NCBI GenBank assembly: GCA_051747265.1
Contig: JBNJFY010000001.1
Location: 877,297 to 909,296 of the forward strand
DNA from: Bacteroidota bacterium
GTDB taxonomy: Bacteria; Bacteroidota; Rhodothermia; Balneolales; Balneolaceae
Length of the DNA stretch: 32,000 nucleotides
Direction of reading: 5' to 3'
In this document: one piece after another, positions 9,403-16,518 of the stretch
Numbering within the stretch: position 1 is the stretch's first letter
Layout: each line of letters begins with the position of its first letter
Position numbers and translations under genes: made by a program
Notes under the pieces: generated by a model
Told to the model about the DNA's origin: nothing
The model's database searches: none
The model's input: the letters and a program-made list of their open reading frames with translations, nothing else

Positions 9403-10401
9403 TTATTCCTCGTTATCCGTTTGATCTAAAATATCGTAAATCTTAATTGCTTTCTGCTTGCGTACCCGCCCCGGATATCCGGTCATTTTTTGTTCATTAT
9501 TTACCAAAATACTGAGTGGTTCTTCCACTCGCTGTTCCAAAGGAATCACATCCCCTTCCTGCATCTGAATCAAATCCCGGATCGATATTTTGGTGTTGCC
9601 CAATTGGGCCTGCAGGGGAACGGAAATTTCTTTCACTTTGGACTGATAGCGTTGCCGCTGCTCCGGTTCCAGATCGTCCTTGCGCATCTGATTAGACATC
9701 TTGAGCAGCGAGTTGCTCAATGCCTCTTCCAGCAAGGCGTAGGGGTAACACATATTAAAGGTTGCCTTGCTGTCGTATACCTGCACGGTATAAAAAACCA
9801 CAATGGCGGGTTCTACCGCGGAGATAATCTGAATATTTTCGGGATTACTTTCGTAGGAATGCTGATAAACCGTTAAATCAGTGAACGGCTCCCAGGCCAG
9901 TTGAATCTCCGAGTACACCCGGTTCATAACCCGAGACATAATCTTCTCTTCGATCTGGGTCATTTCCCGGCGAAAGGTCATTTCTTTGCCGGATCCCCCG
10001 CTTTGGCGCTCCACCGCGAAAATGCAGTATCGTGGATCGATCTCTATAACCGCCTCGCCGCCCCATTCTTCAATGGTGAACAAAAATAGCGCGCTAGGGG
10101 ACGCGATAGATTGCACAAATTCCGAATACACCACCTGGTCGATGGCATTCAGTTGTACATCCACGATGGTGCGCAGCGTATTGGTGAACGCGACACTGAG
10201 ATTTCGCGCCAGGGTTTCGTGCAGATTGCGCAGTGAGCGCATCTGCTCCTGCGATACCAATTTCGGATGTCGGAAATCATAGGCATTAACCTCCTTGGAA
10301 GGCTGTAATACCTGCTCCTGTTCTTCAATTTCAGGCACTTCACCTGAAACCTCCGACATCAGGGCATCAATTTCGCGTTGTGATAATAATTTATGAGCCA
10401 T
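9403..10401 (-). CDS. fliM: Flagellar motor switch protein FliM
   Basis: 332 aa. The N-terminal [10 protein letters not shown] is the CheY-P-binding motif of FliM. There is a C-terminal SpoA-like domain, and the gene lies between fliL and fliN. Confidence 0.9.
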   Translation of the reverse strand: MAHKLLSQREIDALMSEVSGEVPEIEEQEQVLQPSKEVNAYDFRHPKLVSQEQMRSLRNLHETLARNLSVAFTNTLRTIVDVQLNAIDQVVYSEFVQSIASPSALFLFTIEEWGGEAVIEIDPRYCIFAVERQSGGSGKEMTFRREMTQIEEKIMSRVMNRVYSEIQLAWEPFTDLTVYQHSYESNPENIQIISAVEPAIVVFYTVQVYDSKATFNMCYPYALLEEALSNSLLKMSNQMRKDDLEPEQRQRYQSKVKEISVPLQAQLGNTKISIRDLIQMQEGDVIPLEQRVEEPLSILVNNEQKMTGYPGRVRKQKAIKIYDILDQTDNEE

Positions 10402-10440
10402 AAGTAAGGTCCATCATTGTATATTCCAGCCCTAGCTGGG

Positions 10441-10956
10441 TCACTGCATCACATATTCAGTGAAAAATAAATTCTTAACGGCTTGCCGCTCGATGGTCTG
10501 GTTTATCATAATCCCAATTTCTTGTTTCAGCTCCTTGCGAGTTTCCAGCTGCGCCAGTTCTTCTACCGTCCGCCTGCTGAGCAAGGTGTTTATGGCATCC
10601 CGTATCATGATCTCCCGGCGCGTAATTACTTCGATATCTTCTTTGTTTCGAACCTGGATCCCCATAGAGACCACGAGGAACCTTGTTCCGTTAGATCCGG
10701 CTGGATTTACCGTTAAATCTTCCAGTTCGTAGAATCCGCCCATTTCAGGTGGCTGCCCATACATATATTCGTACATGGATGGATAATAGAGTGCCACCAC
10801 GGTATAAGCCGCTACAGCCTCGGCTATTAATATCGCGGCAATCAGGAATATATTCCCATAGTTCTTGCTAAACGAACTGGGTATGGTAACCACGGGGATG
10901 TCCCCGTCGTCCATGTTTTGCTGTTGATTTGCCTGATCTAAATTTTGCTTGGCCAT
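10441..10956 (-). CDS. fliL: Flagellar basal-body-associated protein FliL
   Basis: 171 aa with a single N-terminal TM. FYELEDLTVNPAGSNGTRFLVVSMGIQV matches the FliL core motif. Position between motB and fliM. Confidence 0.8.
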   Translation of the reverse strand: MAKQNLDQANQQQNMDDGDIPVVTIPSSFSKNYGNIFLIAAILIAEAVAAYTVVALYYPSMYEYMYGQPPEMGGFYELEDLTVNPAGSNGTRFLVVSMGIQVRNKEDIEVITRREIMIRDAINTLLSRRTVEELAQLETRKELKQEIGIMINQTIERQAVKNLFFTEYVMQ

Positions 10957-10985
10957 AATTTTTGAATTTCTTCACTCATATTGTA

Positions 10986-11001
10986 TCAAAAAACGCGCCA
11001 A
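10986..11001 (-). promoter_or_regulatory. sigma-54-like -24/-12 element TTGGCGCGTTTTTTGA upstream of fliL (overlaps the terminator stem)
   Basis: This is the same TTGGC-N7-TTGA pattern and spacing as the element upstream of flgB. It is built from the 3' half of the motB terminator hairpin plus its T-run, so it may be coincidental. Confidence 0.15.
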
Positions 11002-11024
11002 ACTCTATATTTCGAGCTGCGCGT
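10988..11024 (-). terminator. Intrinsic-terminator-like hairpin after motB (attenuator between motB and fliL)
   Basis: On minus-strand RNA, ACGCGCAGCUC-GAAAUAUA-GAGUU(UG)GCGCGU forms 11 bp with a 2-nt bulge and one G-U pair. It is followed by the remaining 5 U of a 6-U run whose first U closes the stem. It starts 35 nt after the motB stop. Confidence 0.5.
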
Positions 11025-11058
11025 CCGATTCCAGGGCGATAATTACGGGCCGTAATGA

Positions 11059-11808
11059 TTAATTTCTTCCGGCCGGTAGTAACAACTCCTCTCGCATATT
11101 ACTTCTGGGACGATTACTGGAAGATTCATTTTGCTCGCTCTGTCGATATCGTATTAACACTTCCACCCTGCGATTGGCCCGCCTGCCTTCATCGGTTTCG
11201 TTGGTAGCCAGCGGGCGAAATTCGCCGACGCTGCTGGCTTTAAATTTTTCGGGGGGAATGTCGGTGTTGGCCACTAAAAATTGCAATACCGAAATGGCCC
11301 TTTCTGCTCCCAAATCCCAGTTGGAGCGATACCGGCCGGAGCGGATGGGCTGATTATCGGTATGTCCCTGCACCTCGATTTCGGCCACATCCTGATCAAA
11401 TAGATAGGTAATCTCTTGCAATACCGATTTCGACTGTTCTCGCAAGGTTGCCGCGCCGCTCCCAAAGGTTAGGGATTCCTTCAGGATAATACGGTTCCCT
11501 TGAGGCATCAGATCCAGCTGTACCTGATCTTGCAGATTTTGCTCATCGATATAGTCGTTGAGATTTTCCCAGCGCTGCTCACGTTGTCGAACGCGTTCGG
11601 CGAGGGATCCGGCGGGAATGACCGAACTTTCATTTAACACGCCTCGCCCACCTTGAAAGGTGTTGAGTATGGCGGTTAGCTTGCTATCCTCAATGCCATC
11701 GGTCATGGAGTAAAACACGACGAAAAATACCAACATCAAGGTCATGAAGTCACTGAATGTGACCAGCCAGGTGTTGGAGTTATTATTGTTATTGGAATTA
11801 TTTGCCAT
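11059..11808 (-). CDS. motB: Flagellar stator protein MotB (OmpA-like C-terminal domain)
   Basis: 249 aa. The N-terminal TM with the conserved Asp is WLVTFSDFMTLMLVFFVVF. The C-terminal OmpA-like motifs are VQGHTDNQP and NRRVEV. It lies directly after motA. Confidence 0.85.
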   Translation of the reverse strand: MANNSNNNNNSNTWLVTFSDFMTLMLVFFVVFYSMTDGIEDSKLTAILNTFQGGRGVLNESSVIPAGSLAERVRQREQRWENLNDYIDEQNLQDQVQLDLMPQGNRIILKESLTFGSGAATLREQSKSVLQEITYLFDQDVAEIEVQGHTDNQPIRSGRYRSNWDLGAERAISVLQFLVANTDIPPEKFKASSVGEFRPLATNETDEGRRANRRVEVLIRYRQSEQNESSSNRPRSNMREELLLPAGRN

Positions 11809-11856
11809 AAGGAGCGAAAAGCCCTGCTTTGCTCAATTTCCCTAAGTTGTGTCAGC

Positions 11857-12723
11857 CTACATGGTGGAAACGACGTTTTCCCATTTTTCTTTTTGTTCGG
11901 CCACCCAGTGATTGTACATCTGCTGTTCTTGTTTTTTGGAGAAACCGCGATCTCCATGGATTCGTATGTATTTTGCTCGTTCTTCGGGGGAAACGTAGGT
12001 CAGCATTTTTTTCTCCATGATCCGCGGGTTTTCGCCGTTGGCCAGGGATAACAACCCGGTGCGCATCATTTCTTTTTCGTTTTTCTCCTGTTCGGAGAGT
12101 TTATCCAGTTTTCCGCCTAAGGGAATAAATACCAGGTTGGATAATATGGTACCATAAAATGTGGTGATCAGCGCGATGGCCAGCCCGGGTCCGATGCCTT
12201 CGGGGTTGTCTAGGTTACGCAGCATCAGAATCAATCCAATCAGGGTTCCGATCATCCCGAAGGCGGGCGAGTAGGTCCCCATGGAGTTTAGCACATTGAT
12301 GGAGGTGGTGTGTCGACGTTCCAGCGCTTTGATTTCATCATCTAAAATCTGGACCAGGTTTTCTTCGGGAATGCCGTCGATAACCAACTCTAACCCGTTT
12401 TTCAGATATCGGTCTTCTACATAGCGCACATCATCATCCAGTGTTAATAACCCCTGCCGACGTGCCCGGCGGGAAAACATGGTCATCAGTTCGATATCTT
12501 CGGTGAGGTCGATGCTTGGGCGACCAACCACCGATTGAATGGCTTGGTAGCTGGTGGTAATATCTTCCACGGAGTAATTTACCAAGGTGGCCGCAAAAAC
12601 TCCCCCAACTACAATGAGTAAGGATTCGATGCTCAGGAAAGACGACAGCCCCCCCTGCACCAATATAGCAATGGCAATCAGCGCAAACCCTGACCCCAGC
12701 CCAATAAGTGTTGAACGTTCCAT
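11857..12723 (-). CDS. motA: Flagellar stator protein MotA
   Basis: 288 aa. The MotA/TolQ/ExbB channel motif is GTYSPAFGMIGTLIGLILML...ALITTFYGTILSNLVFIPL. Gene order is motA-motB. Confidence 0.9.
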   Translation of the reverse strand: MERSTLIGLGSGFALIAIAILVQGGLSSFLSIESLLIVVGGVFAATLVNYSVEDITTSYQAIQSVVGRPSIDLTEDIELMTMFSRRARRQGLLTLDDDVRYVEDRYLKNGLELVIDGIPEENLVQILDDEIKALERRHTTSINVLNSMGTYSPAFGMIGTLIGLILMLRNLDNPEGIGPGLAIALITTFYGTILSNLVFIPLGGKLDKLSEQEKNEKEMMRTGLLSLANGENPRIMEKKMLTYVSPEERAKYIRIHGDRGFSKKQEQQMYNHWVAEQKEKWENVVSTM

Positions 12724-12782
12724 AACGTAGTTATCCTATCCTATAATTACTCACAGACCATTATCATCATAAATTACCTCCA

Positions 12783-12818
12783 TTTAACAATTGTCGGTAA
12801 TTAATGATGAATAATTAA
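12783..12818. repeat. Left arm of nested inverted repeats flanking the four-helix-bundle gene
   Basis: TTTAACAATT (12783-12792) and ATGAATAATTAA (12807-12818) are the exact reverse complements of 13281-13290 and 13243-13254 respectively. Confidence 0.6.
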
Positions 12819-12844
12819 AAATTAACAAACCATCACTGATATAT

Positions 12845-13210
12845 TTAGCGATTATTCCCTTTAAGGGTATTTAAAATAGAGGTCAGTATTCTAAGAACTT
12901 CATCACAATCTTGCTTCAGTTCTTTATATACCTGGTCATCGATATAGGATGATTTGTTTAATAGTTTAATCCAAAAGCTGGTTTCCCTTGCTTCCTTATA
13001 TGAGATCGAAAGTTTATGTATAAAATCCGCTTTTGATTGCGCCCCTATGGCCTCTTCAACATTCGCGCCAACCGAGGTGCCGGATCGTAACAACTGCTTA
13101 CTCATCACAAATTCTTTTTTCTGATGAACTAATACCTTATAAAGGTCTACAATTTTCAAAGCGAAATCGAAGCTTTTTTGCTGTATGATATTTTCTTTAT
13201 CTCGTCTCAC
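12845..13210 (-). CDS. Four-helix-bundle protein (23S rRNA intervening-sequence protein / Avd-like family)
   Basis: 121 aa. QLLRSGTSVGANVEEAIGAQSKADFIHKLSISYKEARETSFWIKLL is the signature core of the TIGR02436-type four-helix-bundle family, in the subfamily common in Bacteroidota. A hand-counted 60-nt block (12901-12960) is 33% GC, versus about 50% for the neighbours. Confidence 0.9.
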   Translation of the reverse strand: MRRDKENIIQQKSFDFALKIVDLYKVLVHQKKEFVMSKQLLRSGTSVGANVEEAIGAQSKADFIHKLSISYKEARETSFWIKLLNKSSYIDDQVYKELKQDCDEVLRILTSILNTLKGNNR

Positions 13211-13242
13211 AGCATCATATTAATACCATTAGCAGCCAATTA

Positions 13243-13290
13243 TTAATTATTCATTGATAATTATTCATTCCCAAACTGCTAATTGTTAAA
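13243..13290. repeat. Right arm of nested inverted repeats flanking the four-helix-bundle gene
   Basis: TTAATTATTCAT (13243-13254), with a tandem near-copy TAATTATTCATT (13258-13269), and AATTGTTAAA (13281-13290). These are reverse complements of the left-arm elements in a nested (outer-outer, inner-inner) arrangement. Confidence 0.6.
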
Positions 13291-13318
13291 AAGCAGGACG
13301 ACGCTTCGAAACGCCGCC
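13288..13318 (-). terminator. Intrinsic-terminator-like hairpin after flgE
   Basis: On minus-strand RNA, GGCGGCG-UUUCGAA-CGUCGUCC forms 7 bp including one G-U and one bulged U, followed by UGCUUUUU. It starts 19 nt after the flgE stop. Its U-tract runs into the outer inverted repeat of the cassette. Confidence 0.5.
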
Positions 13319-13337
13319 CCACTCATCAGTTTAACGA

Positions 13338-15014
13338 TTAACGCTTCAGCTGCACGGCCTCAGCCATGAGTTGATCGGAGGTGGTGATCACCCGTGCGTT
13401 GGACTGGTAGGCCCGCTGCGTGACGATCATCTCGGTGAATTCCTGCGCCAGATCTACGTTGGATCCTTCCAGGAAGCCTGAGTTCACAGAGGTGTCCACC
13501 ATGCTACTGGCGGTATCCGTACGTACTTCCCCGGCTTGGGTTTGAGCGGCATACAGACCGTTACCCTCGTTAGAGAGTCCTTCCGGATTGGCCACATCGG
13601 CTACGGCCAGCTGAGCAAGATTCTTACTCTTACCGTTGCTGTAGTTACCCACGATTAAGCCATCCTTGTCGATGAAGAAGTCCACCAATTCACCCTTGGC
13701 AAAACCATCCTGAGAGTCCACATTAGCCGTGGTGGTTCCCTGGAATTGACTCAGCGACTTGGAGCCTGAGTCGAAATTGAGCGCGAAGCTCATCGGGTTG
13801 GAGCCATTATTGGGGTTGAACGTGATGGTTGAGGAATCATCGGTGATGTTCCCGCTGGAGTCGAAATTAATTTCTCCAGTTGGATTGGCTGTAATGGTTT
13901 CCCCATCCAAGAACTTGGCTTGATATTGCCAGGTATCGGATGAGGTTCGATCACCACTTTGATCCAATCCCTGAGTAAACTCAACAATTAAAGTGTGAGC
14001 TTCTCCTAAATCATCATACACTGTAGATGAAATTGTGCGACTGTTGTATGCACCTTCTTGACTTACATCAAAAGTAGGTGGATCAAAATTACCACCTGCA
14101 TCGTCCAACGATATATCTAAACTACTTGCTCCAGGACGGTCAGATCTTAGGTTAATCAACCCATCATCCAATGTTGCCGTAGCATTTGCTGTTGATCCAT
14201 TACTTTGTGATTGACTTGTAATGAAATCTACAAACTCACCAACTGTTGTACCATCGGTTCCATATTGGAATCCATAGGTATTTGTAACAGCATCAGCAGG
14301 ATCTGTACTACTTGGATCATCTTCGGTTAATGTTACTTGAATCGTTTGACCACCACCAGATGATAAATCACCTGTTGTTTGATCAAGCGCATTTAAGTCA
14401 GTTGACCTAGTTGCCAGATCTCCACTGTTGGTAGTTAAGGCCTGAACAGCGGAAACGATTTGTTCTTCGCTGGTCTTGGAGTTCAGATTCCCGGCCAGAT
14501 TTACGTTCTGGGTTTTCTGAGGGGAATACACATCCTGGAAATCGACCTGGATGTCATTCGCGGATCCACCGCTTACCACTTCACCAGCAGAATTGGCGTT
14601 GAATCCTTGCACGCTCAGCCCTTGCTGGGTAACCAGATTACCGTTCTTGTTGAAGCTGAAGTTACCGGAGCGGGTCAGCATGTTTTGGGATCCGTCATTG
14701 ACCATGAAGAATCCGTTGCCTTCCAGCGCCAGATCGGTAGTACGGTTGGTGGCATCCAGTGACCCTTGCGACATATCTTGGTCGATAGAGGCCACACGGA
14801 CACCCAGTCCTACCTGGTTATTCTGCTTGGGAGCGGATTCATAATCCGCGCCGCCGCGGCTCATATTTTTCTGCAGCATTTCAGAGAATGCTACCCGCCC
14901 GGACTTAAATCCAGACGTGTTGACGTTGGCAATGTTATTACCAATAACGTCCATTTTGGTTTGAAAGCCCTTCAAACCACTAACACCGGCTTGTAATGAA
15001 TTAATTAAAGCCAT
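13338..15014 (-). CDS. flgE: Flagellar hook protein FlgE (long form with central insertion domain)
   Basis: 558 aa. The N-terminal rod/hook motif is SLQAGVSGLKGFQTKMDVIGNNIANVNTSGFK and the C-terminal motif is EFTEMIVTQRAYQSNARVITTSDQLMAEAV. A strong SD (AAGGAGGAA) lies 6 nt upstream of the ATG. Confidence 0.9.
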   Translation of the reverse strand: MALINSLQAGVSGLKGFQTKMDVIGNNIANVNTSGFKSGRVAFSEMLQKNMSRGGADYESAPKQNNQVGLGVRVASIDQDMSQGSLDATNRTTDLALEGNGFFMVNDGSQNMLTRSGNFSFNKNGNLVTQQGLSVQGFNANSAGEVVSGGSANDIQVDFQDVYSPQKTQNVNLAGNLNSKTSEEQIVSAVQALTTNSGDLATRSTDLNALDQTTGDLSSGGGQTIQVTLTEDDPSSTDPADAVTNTYGFQYGTDGTTVGEFVDFITSQSQSNGSTANATATLDDGLINLRSDRPGASSLDISLDDAGGNFDPPTFDVSQEGAYNSRTISSTVYDDLGEAHTLIVEFTQGLDQSGDRTSSDTWQYQAKFLDGETITANPTGEINFDSSGNITDDSSTITFNPNNGSNPMSFALNFDSGSKSLSQFQGTTTANVDSQDGFAKGELVDFFIDKDGLIVGNYSNGKSKNLAQLAVADVANPEGLSNEGNGLYAAQTQAGEVRTDTASSMVDTSVNSGFLEGSNVDLAQEFTEMIVTQRAYQSNARVITTSDQLMAEAVQLKR

Positions 15015-15289
15015 AGTGATTCCTCCTTATTTGGTGCACAGCGTCAATCGGTCGGCTGTGCGCGGGCTTCCCTTGCGGGTCCAGCCCAATTAAAGGTTGT
15101 TTAATTGAAAAGTTGAATATCACGGTCCGCTACACGGTAACTTATGCGAAAGCAACCGAGGGAACCCACCCTAGTCGAGGGGCGATATTCAAGAGTTAGA
15201 TTTTAAAAGAACAAAGATCGCTTGGTGTACTTTTCGGTTTTGAACCGTCTCGCGCCGTCGATCTTATATCAGGTTTCAGAGAACATAGG
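15015..15289 (-). promoter_or_regulatory. 275-nt structured leader/intergenic region upstream of flgE
   Basis: Three consecutive hairpins on the minus strand lie just upstream of the SD. They are CAATTAAA/TTTAATTG (15087-15107), GGGCU..CCC-GCAA-GGG..AGCCC (about 15064-15087, GNRA loop), and GCACAGC/GCTGTGC (15036-15061). This is the longest non-coding gap inside the cluster. Confidence 0.35.
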
Positions 15290-15727
15290 TTAACTGTTCA
15301 CTCCATTGGAGCCCTGTGCTTGCGTAAGCACCGTGCTGTCAATCTGGGTAAACACCTTTTCTCGCATTTCCAGCTGGTCTACCGCGGTAATCACCGTACG
15401 GTTTTCCACATTGACGATAAACGCGTTATCGCCATCCAGAATCAGCGATTCCTTGCTGCCCTTCGCCTGTGCCCGATCCACCGCTTCTTCGATGCGCTGC
15501 ATATCAGCTTGATTTAGCTGTATGTTGCGATCGACCAAACGTTGCTGCGCGTGTCCGGAGAACTGTAGGCGTTCCGCTTGCGGGGTTTTATCCACCGACT
15601 TCCGCTGGAAGACTTCCTTAAAAGTCTCGCCCTGCGGCGTGCGTTTGGCCTGTTCGGTTCCCGGCTGCTGCTTCTGTTTCTGCGGCGAAACAGGATCGAC
15701 ACGACCGGTTAAATGGCGTATATCCAT
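15290..15727 (-). CDS. Flagellar operon protein (TIGR02530-like, as found between flgD and flgE in Firmicutes)
   Basis: 145 aa. The segment RLQFSGHAQQRLVDRNIQLNQADMQRIEEAVDRAQAKGSKESLILDGDNAFIVNVENRTVITAVD matches, from memory, the FS.HA.QRL..RNI.L...L..AV..A..KG.K.SL...D.AFIV.V.N.TVITA pattern of that family. Position between flgD and flgE. Confidence 0.65.
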   Translation of the reverse strand: MDIRHLTGRVDPVSPQKQKQQPGTEQAKRTPQGETFKEVFQRKSVDKTPQAERLQFSGHAQQRLVDRNIQLNQADMQRIEEAVDRAQAKGSKESLILDGDNAFIVNVENRTVITAVDQLEMREKVFTQIDSTVLTQAQGSNGVNS

Positions 15728-15784
15728 CGTGATTTTACATCATTGATTGATATCCGCATCATACGGTTTCGGCGTTTCATGCGC

Positions 15785-16477
15785 CTAACCTTCTGATGAT
15801 TGGGGTACCTCCCCAATTTCTTCTACGTCGCCCAAGCTAACTGACAATCCGTTGACCATCAACTTCACGCCCTCACCTGAGAAACGTATTCGTGAAATTT
15901 CTCCTCGTACAAACGAGGTCGACTTCACCTTAGCATCGCCATCTTTGGCATTAATCTCAACCGTGTACTCTCCTTCAGGAGCCTTATTACCACTTCCGGT
16001 ACGTCCGTCCCACTCCCAACTGTGATCACCTTTTCCAAGGTTACTCAAGTTTTCGGTGCGAACAACCGTACCGTCCTGGTCACGAATGACCACTTCGGTA
16101 TCCGAAGCATTGCCATCCAGCTTAAACTGGATATCGGCTTTGCCCGAGTCACCCAGCGCCAACTGATTGGTATGCACTTTTACCTGCTTACCGGTCAGCG
16201 TAGATGCCATCGTGTTGACCAAGCCGTTACTCATGGACTCTTGCTGTTGGGCAAGTTTTTCCAAGCCACTATTCACGTTGACCAACTGCTCCACGGAGTT
16301 AAACTGAGCCAGCTGCGAAGCAAACTCAGCGCCTTCCATCGGGTTCACCGGATCCTGATTGCGAAGCTGGGTGACCAGCAACTGCAAAAAATCCTGCTTC
16401 CCGAGATCGGACTTCCCCGGTTCAGAAGAAGCCTGACGGATGAACGATGTATTGCTATTAATAGACGCTACATCCAT
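15785..16477 (-). CDS. flgD: Flagellar hook assembly/capping protein FlgD
   Basis: 230 aa. The N-terminal motif is DFLQLLVTQLRNQDPVNPM. The C-terminal Ig-like FlgD domain includes GEYTVEINAKDGD. Confidence 0.9.
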   Translation of the reverse strand: MDVASINSNTSFIRQASSEPGKSDLGKQDFLQLLVTQLRNQDPVNPMEGAEFASQLAQFNSVEQLVNVNSGLEKLAQQQESMSNGLVNTMASTLTGKQVKVHTNQLALGDSGKADIQFKLDGNASDTEVVIRDQDGTVVRTENLSNLGKGDHSWEWDGRTGSGNKAPEGEYTVEINAKDGDAKVKSTSFVRGEISRIRFSGEGVKLMVNGLSVSLGDVEEIGEVPQSSEG

Positions 16478-16518
16478 AGGTTATTGGTTTATGTTATCGA
16501 GCAACGACATGACGCTCA

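Noticed and set aside
12845-13210. Diversity-generating retroelement, since the four-helix-bundle protein is Avd-like
   Set aside because: No reverse transcriptase ORF and no template/variable repeat pair is visible anywhere in the window. The gene is an isolated family member.
13338-15014. Spirochaete-style FlgE lysinoalanine cross-linking, prompted by the spirochaete-like synteny
   Set aside because: That chemistry needs a conserved Cys in FlgE, and this FlgE contains no cysteine at all.
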